A stretch of 64,000 bases of DNA from Eledone cirrhosa (GCA_964016885.1 OZ024740.1:104470001-104534000); one strand, 5' to 3'; shown: positions 29,101 through 42,412, counted from the first letter of the stretch. Notes: generated from the letters alone by a model not told the origin. A program made the numbers and translations.

Positions 29101-29283
29101 TATATATCATCATCATCATTTTACATCCGCTTTTGATGATGATGATGATGTATATAGGGTGTCTCCAAAAATGTATATATATATATAAGGTGATTCAGTA
29201 GATTTGTGGTTTACTAAGTACCAATATTAACACTCTATGCTATAACAGAGTGTATACATAAAAAACAAAACAAAAAAAACAAG

Positions 29284-29367
29284 GTTTCACATTGAGGTTT
29301 TTATTGATTACGCTTAGTTACAAATGTTCACAACTGAGCCTAACCAATAAAAACCTCAATATGAAAT
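29284..29367. repeat. Short hairpin with arms of about 35 bp
   Basis: TTTCACATTGAGGTTTTTATTGATTACGCTTAGTT ... AACTGAGCCTAACCAATAAAAACCTCAATATGAAA. Confidence 0.75.
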
Positions 29368-29396
29368 TTTGTTTTGTCCTTCTTAACAAATATATA

Positions 29397-29496
29397 TAGG
29401 GTGTCCCTCAAAAATGTATACACACTTTTATTACCTGTACAGGCAATATTTATTAGAATGCTGTTGAAGTGTGTATACATTTCTAGGGACACCCTA
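29397..29496. mobile_element. Tiny Tc1-like MITE, opposite orientation to 29011-29100
   Basis: TAGGGTGTCCCTCAAAAATGTATACAC ... GTGTATACATTTCTAGGGACACCCTA, flanked by TA. Confidence 0.75.
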
Positions 29497-30290
29497 TATA
29501 TGAATCAAAATGTCCATTTCCCTGTAAAAAAAATAAGCAAATCATTGCTTTTAAATATAAACTATGAATACACACAAAAATAAACAAAAGAAAATGATTC
29601 AAAGAAAGAGAAAATTCCTGTGAAAGAAGACCACCAAAGCCAACTGTCTGCTGATGCTTGAATAACAGCTTTCTGTGTTATAGACATTTCTAAACATAAG
29701 TTTGAGACAGAAAAGAGCAACAGGCTCACTGATAGAGCTCAAAGCATGTGCTGAATATTTGTTGGGGGTTTGTTGGGGATTTTGATACAAAACTGCATAA
29801 ACTGCCCGAGGTTCTACAATACAGTTCTGTTTCTTTTAAAGTATTTATATCTATCTAAAAATCTTCCTTTGTGATTTTATTTAAGAACTGTTATGTTTAT
29901 TTAAGAACAGTCATCAGAAAGTTAGCTATATTACAAAATCCCTCTAAATTCTTGATTATTTTCAAACCCTAGGCAGTGTCTTTCATTAGAAATATGTGTA
30001 TGTGTGTGTATGTATGTATTATTTATATATATACGCATATATATATATATATATATATCTCCGAAATAAATTTAATTAAATTAAATTAAAGGGGTCATGT
30101 CCGAGACATGCGCCATATCCACTGTAGAATAAGCTCAAAGATTCCAATGAATTTTTAAAAGGTAATATTTGAAGCTCTAGTTAAACTTTAATTAGTTACC
30201 TACCTAGCTGTGTGTGATTACACACTTTACAAATTATCCCCTGTGATTGTTTCATGTGTTTATTTTAAATATATATATATATATATATAT

Positions 30291-32369
30291 ATCATCATCA
30301 TCATCATCATCAACGTTTAACGTCCGTGTTCCACGCTTGCATGGGTTTGGACGGGGGTAGTCCCACTTGAGGCAAGAGTGATTGTCTTGCTCGCATAGGA
30401 CTGTCTGGCAGGTTTTCTACAGTTGGATGCCCTTCCTAACACCAACCACATTTACAGTGTGGGTCTGGGAGGTTTTTACCGTGTTGCCTACACGGCCACA
30501 TTACAGCGTGGACTGTGTGTTTTTTGTCGTGACACCTACACGATCTCATTTGTTTCGGCCTGGATGGCGCGGCACCAACATAACTTTACATAGAACGGGG
30601 TGGTGTGGATGGGGTGGGGGGGGTGGCGGGACGGGGTGTAGTTTGTTAGAGATGCCTACTGGCAAGGCGGGTCTTCTCTGTTACTGAGTACCGCCAAAGG
30701 TCACGGTCCAGTGACATTGTCTTGGAGAGGTGTAAGTGTGTGAGGTCGGAGTTTATCAGCTCATCCCATGTTTTTCTAGGTCTGCCTATTCCGTGGCTAC
30801 CGTCTATCTTTATTGCCCTGCACTTTGTAATACAGCTATCGACTTTCATGCGCATCACGTGTCCATACCAACGCAGCCTTCTCTCGAGTAAACAACATCT
30901 GATCCCTCTTATCTCTAATTTTTTCCTTAGTTCGTTTATGCTTTGCCGTTCACGTATATTACTGTTACACATCCAGCGGAGCATGCAAGCTTCGTTCCTC
31001 TCTAGTCTGCGTATATCCTCTGCACACAATGCCCAGGTCTCACTACCATGCAACATTGCTGTTCGTATGCAGGCATCGTACAACCTGCCTTTCATTTTTA
31101 GGGAGAACCCTTTAGCAGCTAATAGTGGTATAAGCTCTCTGAACTTTTTCCAACCAGTTCTGACTCTAGCTACAGTACTTTCAGAGCACCCTCTCCCACT
31201 GCTGATTTTATCGCCCAGGTAACGGAAGCTGTCCACTATTTCTATAGAACCCTCTGCGCAATTGAAAGAGCTAGTATTTTGTGGGCACTTGCTGCTACTT
31301 ATTGCACCAGAACACCGGCCACATGTAAAGTCTATGTTCTTAGTTAGCTTACCTGTGATCCCACTACATCTTTTATGAACCCATACTTTGCATTTAGGAC
31401 ATAAGATGGAGTTTCTACCTACGCCTTTCCTACATACCGAGCACGACCATTTCCCAGAAGGGACCGCCGCCTTGTTTTCTTTCCTACAAACTAGAACTTT
31501 GGTCTTAGCCAGGTTAATTTTAAGTCCTTTTGACTCTAGGCCGTGCTTCCATGTTTGGAATTTCTTCTCTAGCTCGGCCATTGATTCCGCTATGAGTGTC
31601 AGGTCGTCTGCGTATAGGAGTTCCCATGGGCAGCCTGTCTTGAACTCCTCTGTTATAGCCTGAAGGGCAATAATAAATAGTAGGGGGCTGAGAACAGAGC
31701 CCTGATGGACGCCAACTTTTACGCTAAACTCTTCACTATATTCGTTGTTAATTCTAACCTTGCTGACTGTTTCTTTATACATGGCTTGTATAGCCCTCAC
31801 AAGCCATTCGTCAACGCCTAGTTTTCTAAGAGCCCACCAGATAATGGAGGGGGGGACTCTGTCGAAGGCTTTCTCCAGGTCGACAAAAGCTAAGTAGAGG
31901 GGTTTACCTTTAGCTAGGTACTTCTCCTGTAGTTGTCGTACTATGAAAAGAGCATCTGTGGTGCTTTTGCCTGACACAAACCCGAACTGCATTTCATCTA
32001 GATCAATTCTCTCTCTGATTAGTTGCGCTATTACTTTTTCCGTGACCTTCATGACCTGGTCGATTAATTTAATGCCTCTATAGTTACTCTTATCTAGGGC
32101 GTCTCCTTTACCCTTATAACAGTTAACGATGATGCTGCTATGCCAGTCCTTCGGAACAACCCCATTCTGTACGACTTGGTTAACTATGCGGGTGACCATG
32201 GTGTGTCCCACCGTGCCAGATGCCTTCAGCATCTCAGCAACTATTTCCGAAGGCCCAGCCGCCTTACCAGTCTTCATATCCTTGATTGCCTTACTTATTA
32301 TACTCCCCTCGACTAACACTGCTGGTCCCTCTATCGGGTCGATATGGGGGAGACTGTCTTTCTCCCATT
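30291..32369 (-). mobile_element. RTE-clade LINE, 5'-truncated, with an uninterrupted 557-aa frame (RT + PHD finger + C-terminal domain)
   Basis: ORF 30646-32319 has RT motifs (NYRGIKL, QFGF, FVDLEKAFD, GVHQGSVLSP, LLYADD), a C4HC3 finger, FRYLG and RRLRWYGHV. It ends in a 3' UTR and (GAT)n tail abutting (TA)n. Confidence 0.96.
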
Positions 32370-32407
32370 TATCATATATATGTCAATCAATTTCTAGTTG
32401 ATATATA

Positions 32408-32505
<98 letters not shown>

Positions 32506-32865
32506 GGCTGCAAACTCTGCTAAGAGTACTGCAATCGCTTGTCAGGTCATAGAGTTTGGTGCACTTTTAGGCTACGGCCAATCACACAAACCAGTAACAG
32601 ACCCTGAACAAGCAATGCCTGTGCTTTGAAGGTTTTTTAAGTGGGAAAAGGCCTTGAGCATCACAAACACTACCTGAAAAGGAGAACTGGTCAACATCAT
32701 CGGATGCTTCCGAAGCTGCAGGTTTTTTTTCAGTTTCCCCCTCTTAGAAAGGTGCTGTGACAACTGGGGGGGGGGGGGCTTTCACTCCCAGGTAAAAGAA
32801 AAAGGTACTATTTGGATGACCATTGACTCTGCTGAGTTCCTCTTCTCTTTTTCCCTTTTACATAT

Positions 32866-32895
<30 letters not shown>

Positions 32896-32896
<1 letters not shown>

Positions 32897-35679
32897 ACAC
32901 AAACTTCAAAAAACCCGACAACCACCTGATCACCTATAGATCAGGGGAGCATTCTAGTCAGATAGATTTTATCCTCATCAGAGGACGTGACAGATGGACA
33001 GTCGTAAACACAAAAGCCTTCCCTAGTGAGGAATGTACCTCCCAACATAGCTTAGTTGTCAGCGACCTCACGACCAGAACTAGACGAACCTGGAAACAGA
33101 CGCCGACCTGGAGAAGAAAGATCTGGAAGCTGAAAGACCCCTCAGCCATTAACAGATTTAAAGATATTTTACTCAACGCCCACAACATAAAGAAGAACAG
33201 ATAGAGACATTCAATATAGAAGAGCACTGGGATTCCTAAAAAATAACTTACTAGAGGTGACGGATGAGATCTGTGGCTAGAGTAAGACCACAGGCAGGAG
33301 GAGAGTGACTTGGTGGTGGAACAATAAGGTAGATGAGGCAGTTAAGGCCAAGAGACATGCATGGAAAGAATGGAAGAACGGGGAAGCAGGGTACATTACA
33401 TAGAGACCAGGAGGGAAGCTAGGCGACAAGTATACTTAGCGAGGAGGGAAGCAGAGGATAGAAAATTCAAGCATGTTTTGCAACGTGAGGACCAGAAACA
33501 GGAGGTGTTCAAGATTGCGAGGCAGTGTGACAGAGAGAATTGTGATGTCATTGGAGAGAAGTGTATCCGGAATGATAAAGGTGAGCTTGCCCTCACAAGT
33601 GCTGAGAGGAAAGATGCGTGGAAGTGCCATTATGATAGATTACTAAATGAGGAAAATGCATGGGAAGAAGAGACTCTACCCCAAGTAGACCTTATAGAGG
33701 GGCTAGCAGTACAAGTCAGCAACAGTGTAGTAAGTAAGACAATCAAAGATATGAAGATGGGGAAGGCAACCGGTCCAGCGGGTATAGCTGCCGAGATGCT
33801 GAAGGCATCTGGGTCTGTAGGTCACACTATAATCACACGTATTGTTAACTAGGTAATACTAGAAGGTGTCATACCAAAGGATTGGTGCAGTAGCATCATT
33901 GTCAACTGCTACAAAAGTAAAGGTGATGCACTAGATAGAGGAAACTATAGAGGTATAAAGCTGATGGACCAGGTCATGAAAGTAACAGAAAGAGTTATAG
34001 CACAGTTGATTAGGGACCGGGTAAAACTAGATGAGATGCAATTTGGGTTTGTACCAGGAAGAGGCACCACTGATGCCCTCTTCCTTGTGAGGCAGTTACA
34101 GGAAAAGTACCTAGCTAAAAGTAAGCCACTCTACCTTGCATTCGTCGATCTCGAGAAAGCCTTTGACAGAGTTCCACGTGCTATAATCTGGTGGGCTCTT
34201 AGAAAACTAGGAGTAGATGAATGGCTTGTGAAAGCTGTACAAGCCATGTATAGGGGAGCAGTCAGCAAAGTTAGGATTAGCAATGAGTATAGCGAGGAAT
34301 TTAGCGTACAGGTTGGGGTCCACCAGGGCTCTATTCTTAGCCCTCTCCTGTTCATCATAGTCCTGCAGGCAATAACGGAGGAGTTTAAGACCGTATTCCC
34401 ATGGGAACTCCTGTATGCAGATGACCTCACACTTATAGCTGAATCTATGGTAGAACTAGAGAAAACATTCCAAACTTGGAAGCAGGGACTAGAAAGAAAG
34501 GGTCTCAAAGTAAACCTGACAAAGACTAAGGTCCTTGTAAGTAGACGAGAAAACAGAACCCAGATACCCTCAGGGAAATGGCCTTGCTCAGTATGTAGGA
34601 AAGGTGTAGGTAGGAACTCCATTCTCTGCCCCAAATGCAAACAATGGGTACACAAGAGATATAGCGGGATTTCAGGAAGCTTAATTAAGAATGTAGGCTT
34701 CACATGTAGCAGCTGTGCTGGGACAGCAAGTAGCAAACAGCCACAGGAAACAAGTACCACCAATCTCTGGGAGGGCTCCGTAGAAATAGTAGACAGCTTC
34801 TGCTACCTAGGTGACCGAATTAGCAGCGGAGGTGGGTGTTCAGAAACTACAATAACTAGAGTAAGAACGGGATGGAAGAAGTTCAGGGAACTGCTGCCAC
34901 TGCTAGCTGCAAAAGGCTTCTCCCTCAAAATGAAAGGCAGACTGTATGATGCGTGTATACAAACAGCAATGTTACATGGTAGTGAGACCTGGGCACTGAA
35001 TGTGGAAGATTTGCGTAGATTAGAAAGTAACGAAGCCTGTATGCTCAGATGGATGTGTAATAGTAATATACGCGAACGGCAAAGCATAAATGAATTGAGA
35101 GAGAGACTGAGCATAAGAGGAATCAAACGCTGGTTGCGTTGGTATGGACATGTGATGCGTATGAAGGATGACAGCTGCATAAAAAGGTGCAGAGCACTAG
35201 AAGTCGATGGAAACCGCGGAGTGGGGAGACCCAAGAAGACCTGGGATGAGGTGATAAAAGCCGACCTTACCCAATTACACCTCTCAAAGGTGATGACACA
35301 CGACCGTGACCTCTGGCGTCACGCAGTAATACAGAGTACCCGACCTCCCATGGGTACAAGCCGAAGCTGAAGCATATAGACAATATGCCCCCATACCCTC
35401 CCACTGCAAAGTGGTCGTGGAGGTGCCACGACAAAAAAGCACCCAGCCCACACTGTAAAGTGGATGTGTAGGCGCCACGGAAAAAAAGCACCCAGCACTC
35501 ACTGTAAATGAGGTTGGTGTTAGGAAGGGCATCCAGCTGTAGAAATCAAGTCAGAATCAGTTCCTGTATGAGCAAGACAAGGTCAGGCGACCAGACACTG
35601 CCCACAACAGGACAACCCGTCTAACCCATGCTAGCATGAAAGAACGGACGTAAAACGGTGATGATGATGATGATGATGA
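32896..35679 (+). mobile_element. RTE-clade LINE, related subfamily, 5'-truncated within the APE domain
   Basis: Begins NTNFKKPDNHLITYRSGEHSSQIDFIL. ORF pieces at 33361-33852 and 33964-35370 (YADD; PHD with one C-to-Y change). Has a (GAT)n tail and (TA)n on both sides. Confidence 0.95.
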
Positions 35680-36419
35680 CATATATATATATATATATAT
35701 GATGATGATGATATGTGAGCTTATATCTGCAAGGACACATCTAAACTGTTGACAGAGGTCCCAAGATCCGATTATATACACTTACTGGTGGGTTTGTAGG
35801 GGACGGTGGGTAAAGTAGGTTTAGAGAGTGAGGTATAAGGGTGAAAGATAAAAATATAAACGGTAGAGGATGTAAAAGGTAAAAATATATTATTTTAAAG
35901 AATATATGTATAAAAAACTTAAATAAAATGGTAAAAAAAGAAAAGAGTAAAAGATGGGTGATAATAATAAATAAAATATAATAGTAATTATAATTAAAAA
36001 AATAAATAAACAAATGAGAAATGAAAGTGGGCTATTCATCAGAAGACAAGCCCACTTATTCTTCCACCTGAAAAGTACAAGGGGCTAGTATTAGAAAGGT
36101 CATCTAATTGTAGAAACCATACCAAAAATGGAACATACTAGCAAGAATTTACCCTCTGACCAGCTCAGGAGAGCACTTACTCTGAATAAGACCTCAGATC
36201 CTGACAATCCATCCAACCCTTGCCAGCATGGAAAACAGGATTAATATATATATATGCATATACATTTGTTTGCCTATTTCACTAATTCTGATAAATGTTT
36301 TTTTCTCTTCAACTTCCCCTTTCTCCTAACTATACTCTTTTCTGATGAAAGACTAACATCCATTACACTGATAAATTCTTTTTCCTTTTCACACAAGCGT
36401 GAAACTAATAATACTTTGT

Positions 36420-36720
36420 GTAATTGTTCTCTCTAGTTGTCTTTTTTAATCTTGAACTATGTCCTCTGCCTCTATGTTGTGTTGTCTCATATGCATCTTT
36501 CCAGTGGCTTGTTCAAAGTCATTATGCAATCTGGGTTTAATATTATGCAATACCACCTTTATACATGAAGTTACATTGATCAGAAGAGGTGGGATGCATA
36601 TATCCATTTGTGCCATACATTTCGTTTTTTCGTGTGCAACTTTTCTATTTATTACTACTCTAATGATATATGCTCCTTCTTTGATAAACTAACTGTTTAC
36701 TCACCAGCAAAACAACTCTC
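36420..36720 (-). mobile_element. Possible old CR1/L2-type LINE 3' remnant
   Basis: One minus-strand frame gives ...QHRGRGHSSRLKKTTRENN..., resembling the TRGH-x-x-KL motif. Heavily decayed. Confidence 0.25.
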
Positions 36721-37544
36721 TCTCTCTCTCCTATTTTTTAACGAAAGTATATTTATATTTCTCTCCTTCTGGGATTACCATTTCTACAACATGTCTGAAC
36801 TGTATCATGTCCTGTTTGCTGTCAAAAGACACTCATTATTTGGTCGCTACTGTTTTCTTAGATAGGTCAAGGGCCATGCCTCACTCACATAAGTTCCAGT
36901 TTCAACATGGTTTCTACAGCCAGATGCTCTTCCTTATACCAACCAGTTTATAGAGTATACTTGGTGCATTTTATTGTGGCACCAACACTAAAGAGGTTGT
37001 CATGTCATGGATACAACTGAATGGTCTTCTCAACTATTTATTTCAAAGAATATAGGCAGCAAATTAGCAAAATTGTTAGAGCATCAGAAGTGATGTCTTC
37101 CAATGTCTGATCCAGTTCTTGTGTGTTCTAAATTCAAATCCCAACTGTTGTCCCGATAAATAATTCTCCTTTCCAATCTCTCTATATATTTCCATAACAC
37201 ATACATACACAGAGTCAGATATACATACAATGAAAGAAGATGGTAAGATAGATCACACACCAGCCAGAAAATAAAAATAAAAAACAACTAATTATTTCAT
37301 AAAATGTAAAAAACCTAAAGAAAGCAATAAGCTGTGATAACCTGCATGATAACAAGATACCATGCCAAGACATGCATTGAAGAAAGAGAAGTGCTAAGCT
37401 GCACAACACTGCAATACACTGCACTAGGCTCCAGAATTGCTGCAGCAAAATCAATGAAATCAATGAACTAAGGACAATTCCCATTGGTTAACTAAAGATA
37501 AACAATGGAGCCCGGGCTTGTTGATGGTTATATGATGTGAAAGA

Positions 37545-40500
37545 AGTGATGGAGGTGTTGATGGTGTTGTTGTTGTTGTTGTGGTAGTGTTATGGTGATT
37601 GTGGCGGTGTTGTTGTGGAAGTGGTGTTACTGTGGTGGTGGTGGCAGTGTTGTTGTCGTAGTGGAGTTATTGTAGTGGTGGCAATGTTGTTGCGGAGGTA
37701 GTGGTGGTGTTGATGTGGTCGCAGTGGTAGTTTTGATGTGGTGGCACTGGTGGTGTTGATGTGGTAGTGGCAGTGTTGTTGTAGTGGTGGTGGTGGTGGT
37801 GGTGATGTTGTTGTGGTAGTGGTGGTGGTGGTGTTGTAGTGGTAGTGGGGGTGTTGTTGCAGTGGTGGTGGTGGTGGCAGTGCTGCTGTAGTGGCGGAGT
37901 TATTGTGGTGGTGGCTGTGGCACTGGTGGTGTTGATGAGGTGGCAGTGGCAGAGTTGTTGTGGTGGGGGAAACAGTGTTGTTGTTGTTGTAATGGCAGAG
38001 GTATTGTTGCTGTTGTGGTGGTGATGGCAGTGCTGTTGTGGTGGTGGTAGTGTATTGTGGTGGTGGCAGTTTTGTTGTGGTAATGGCAGTGTTGTTGTGA
38101 TGGCAGCAGTGATGTGATGGCGGCAGTGTTGTGATGGTGGCAGTGTTGTTGTGATGGCACCAGCGTTGTTGTGATGGCGGCAGTGTTGTTGTGATGGCGG
38201 CAGTGTTGTTGTGATGGCGGCAGTGTTGTTGTGATAGCGGCAGTGTTGTGGTGATGGCGGTAGTGTTGTTGTGATGGCGGCAGTGTTGTGATGGTGGCAG
38301 TGTTGTTGTGATGGCACCAGCGTTGTTGTGATGGTGGCAGTGTTGTTGTGATGGCGGCAGTGTTGTTGTGATGGCGGCAGTGTTGTTGTGATGGCGGCAG
38401 TGTTGTTGTGATGGCGGCAGTGTTGTGGTGATGGCGGCAGTGTTGTGGTGACGGTGGCAGTGTTGTTGTGATGGTGGCAGTGTTGTTGTGACGGCGGCAG
38501 TGATGTTGTGACGGCGGCAGTGACGTTGTGACGGTGGCACTGTTGTGGTGATGGTGGTAGTGTTGTAGCAATGGTGGCAGTGTTGTGGCGATGGTGGGCA
38601 GTGTTGTGGCGATGGAGGCAGTGTTGTGGCGATGGTGGCAGTGTTGTGACGATGGTTGCAGCATTGTGGTGATGGTGGCAGTGTTGTGGCGATGGTGGCA
38701 GTGTTGTGGCGATGGTGGCAGTGTTGTTGTGACGGCGGCAGTGATGTTATGACGGCGGCAGTGTTGTGGTGATAGCGGCAGTGTTGTGGTGACGGTGGCA
38801 GTGTTGTGATGGCGGCAGTTTTGTGATGGCAGCAGTGTTGTTGTGATGGTGGCAGTGTTGTTGTGATGGCGGCAGTGTTGTTATGATGGCGGCAGTGTTG
38901 TGGTGACGGTGGCAGTGTTGTGGTGATGGTGACAGTGTTGTTGTGATGGTGGTGGTAGTGTTGTGGTGATGGTGGCAGTGTTGTGGTGATGGTGACAGTG
39001 TTGTTGTGATGGTGGTGATAGTGTTGTGGTGATGGTGGCAGTGTTGTGGCGACGGTGGCAGTGTTGTGGCGATGGTGGCAGTGTTGTGGCAATGGTGGCA
39101 GTGTTGTGGCAATGGTGGCAGCATTGTGGCAATGATGGCAGTGTTGTGGTGATGGTGGCAGTGTTGTGGCAATGGTGGTGATAGTGTTGTAGCAATGGTG
39201 GCAGTGTTGTGGCGATGGTGGCAGTGTTGTGGCGATGCTGGCCGTATTGTGGTGATGGTGGCAGTGTTGTGGCAATGGTGGCAGTGTTGTGGTGATGGTG
39301 GCAGTGTTGTGGCAATGGTGGCAGTGTTGTGGCGATGCTGGCAGTGTTGTGGCGATGGTAGCAGTGTTGTGGCGATGGTGGCAGTGTTGTGGCGATGCTG
39401 GCCGTATTGTGGTGATGGTGGCAGTGTTGTGGCAATGGTGGCAGTGTTGTGGTGATGGTGGCAGCATTGTGGCAATGGTGGCAGTGTTGTGGCGATGGTG
39501 GCAGTGTTGTGGCAATGGTGGCAGTGTTGTGGCAATGGTGGCAGTGTTGTGGCGATGCTGGCAGTGTTGTGGCGATGGTAGCAGTGTTGTGGCGATGGTG
39601 GCAGTGTTGTGGCGATGGTGGCAGTGTTGTGGCAATGGTGGCAGTGTTGTGGCAATGGTGGCAGTGTTGTGGTGATGGTGGGCAGTGTTGTGGCGATGGT
39701 GGTGATAGTGTTGTAGCAATGGTGGCAGTGTTGTGGCGATGGTGGCAGTGTTCTGGCAATGGTGGCAGCATTGTGGCAATGGTGGCAGTGTTGTGGTGAT
39801 GGTGGGCAGTGTTGTGGCGATGGTGGTGATAGTGTTGTAGCAATGGTGGCAGTGTTGTGGCGATGCTGGCAGTGTTGTGGTGATGGTGGAAGTGTTGTGG
39901 CAATGGTGGCAGTGTTGTGGCGATGGTGGCAGCATTGTGGCAATGGTGGCAGTGTTGTGGTGATGGTGGGCAGTGTTGTGGCGATGGTGGTGATAGTGTT
40001 GTAGCAATGGTGGCAGTGTTGTGGTGATGGTGGCAGTGTTGTGGTGATGGTGGCAGTGTTGTGGCAATGGTAGCAGTGTTGTGGTGATGGTGGCAGTGTT
40101 GTGGCAATGGTGGCAGTGTTGTGGCGATGGTGGCAGTGTTGTGGCAATGGTGGCAGTGTTGTGGTGATGGTGGCAGCATTGTGGCAATGGTGGCAGTGTT
40201 GTGGCGATGGTGGCAGTGTTGTAGCAATGGTGGAAGTGTTGTGGCGATGGTGGCAGCCTTGTAGTGATGGTAGGCAGTGTTGTGGCGATGGTGGCAGTGT
40301 TGTGGCGATGGTGGCAGTATTGTGGCGATGGTTGCAGTGTTGTGGCGATGGTGGCAGTGTTGTGGCGATGGTTGCAGTGTTGTGGCGATGGTAGCAGTGT
40401 TGTGGCGATGGTGGTAGTGTTGTAGCGATGGTGGCAGTGTTGTGGCGATGGTTGCAGCATTGTTGTGATGGTGGCAGTGTTGTGGTGATGGTGGCAGTGT

Positions 40501-40605
40501 TGTGGCGATGGTGGCAGTGTTGTGGTGGTAGTAGCTGTGTTGTTGTGGTGGTGACAGCAGTATTGTAGTGGTGGTGGCATTAGTGTTGCTGTGGTGGCAC
40601 CAGTG
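37545..40605. repeat. 21-bp minisatellite (GTGGCAGTGTTGTGGCGATG-G) with degenerate GTG-rich flanks
   Basis: 21-bp period with 18-, 22- and 24-bp variants, most regular over about 38080-40530. Confidence 0.97.
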
Positions 40606-42262
40606 TTTGTGTATGATGGTGGAAGTGTGTGCTTGATGGCATGTTGTATGTATATGGTAGTGATGTGTGTATGTGCATGGTGGTGGATGTGTATGTGTAC
40701 ACATGATGCTGGAGGTGGGTGTCTATGCATGATGGTTGAGGTGGGCATGTATGCATACAAATATGATGGAGGCCGACATGCACATGATGTTGGTGTGTGT
40801 GCATGATAGTAGAGGCATGTGCATACAAGATGGCGGTGTGTATGCATGATGGTGGAGGTCTGTGTATGCATGATAGTGGAGGCACATGCGTGTGTAAGAT
40901 GATGATGGAGATGCATGTGGTGGTTTGTAGCGATGATCGAGATACATGTTCATAGTGGGAGAGGAGAGGGTGGTGTGATGTAGATTCATGTAGGTGTATT
41001 TGTTTTGACACAGGTAAGGTCTGAATGAGCAAACATTTGATCAGGCATTGCAGTGTAGTTAAGATGTCCACTTGGCAGCCGCATGTTTCTTTGAGTAATC
41101 CCATGGCATGGCACCTTGGGCAAGTATCTTCTACTATAGACTCACATTGACCTATACCTTGTGAGTGTAATTTAGTAGATGGAAACTGGGTGGAGACTCA
41201 CCATATATATGTGTGTGTGTCACAGTAAAGTGGTTGGTATGAGGAAGGGCATCCAGATGTAGAAACCAAATCAAAAATGGAACATATGGGCAACATGTGG
41301 TAATCTGACTTGGCTAGCTTCAGAACATGAGAAACCATATAAACCAAACAAACAAGGAAAGTAGACATTAAATGATAAAGATGATGATGATTATGTGAGT
41401 GTGTGCGCGAGAGAGAGAGAAAGACAGCGAGAGAATATGTGTGTGAGTGTGTGCATCATTGGTTAATGTATATTGGTCATAGATGCAAACAGTGGCAAGA
41501 ACATTTTATAACTAGTAAGTACACATTGAATGAAGACTTCAGCAAGATTTGATCTGCATGAAGCCACTGCCTTATCACTGTTGATATAACCTATTGATTG
41601 GATGATTGGAAAGCTGTAATCAATGATAACAGTGTTCATAAATTGGAATTTAAAAAAATGGAAAAACAATATCATTGACCATCAAGCTACCCTACCACAT
41701 GCCCATAATGGAGGAGGCATATGTATACACGATGATGATGATAGCAGAGGTAATGCATGAATATAATGGCAGGAGGTACATGTGCATGATGATGATGGAG
41801 TGTGAGTGTATGCATATGATGGCAGAGGCGTGTGTGGATACATGATGGCAGAGGTGCGTGTATGTGTGTATGATGATAGAGGTGCTTGTGGTGGTAATGG
41901 ACATGTGTTTGTAGTCAGGTTACCAACTGTCTCTCTCACAACAGTAGGGTCAGAATGACACAGCAATTGCACCAGGACAACTAAATTCACACTGTATAAA
42001 AAGATAATAATAATAATGGTTTCTAATTTAGACAAAAATCCTATAAAGCTAACCTCGGTGGGATATGAACTCATAAAAGTCAATAATAACTGTTTCTTAT
42101 TCAGGGAGAAGGCCAGGAATTTGTGGAAGAGGAGAAAGTCGATTGTATCAACCCCAGTACTTCACTGGTACTTTATTTTATTAAGTTCAGAAAGGTGAAA
42201 GGCAAAGTTAACCTTGGGGGTATTTGAAACCAGAAAGTAGAAGGCCTTACTGAAATAATGTA

Positions 42263-42412
42263 CCGCATTTCCTGGCATCGAAGATGGTACTTTGTTCCTA
42301 AAATATGTCTCAAAATCTACCATGCATCCTGGAGGCCGAAGGTTGTTTATTATTTCTTTTCAAATTTTTGGTAGTCAAAACTAGGGTGCGTCTTCGGCAC
42401 CGGGAAATACAG
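42263..42412. mobile_element. 150-bp pogo/m44-like MITE inserted in a SINE
   Basis: TA|CCGCATTTCCTGGCATCGAAGA ... TCTTCGGCACCGGGAAATACAG|TA. SINE-A sequence continues on both sides. Confidence 0.65.

Noticed and set aside
30722-35234. ORFs antisense to the LINE ORF2 (for example 30722-31222, 34131-34763, 34803-35234)
   Set aside because: They are shadow frames of the RT coding strand with no independent evidence.
37590-40916. 1108-aa protein-coding gene (mucin-like or His-rich)
   Set aside because: All three minus frames have long open stretches because the unit is 21 bp. The peptide register switches at indels, and the region lies inside a defined intron.
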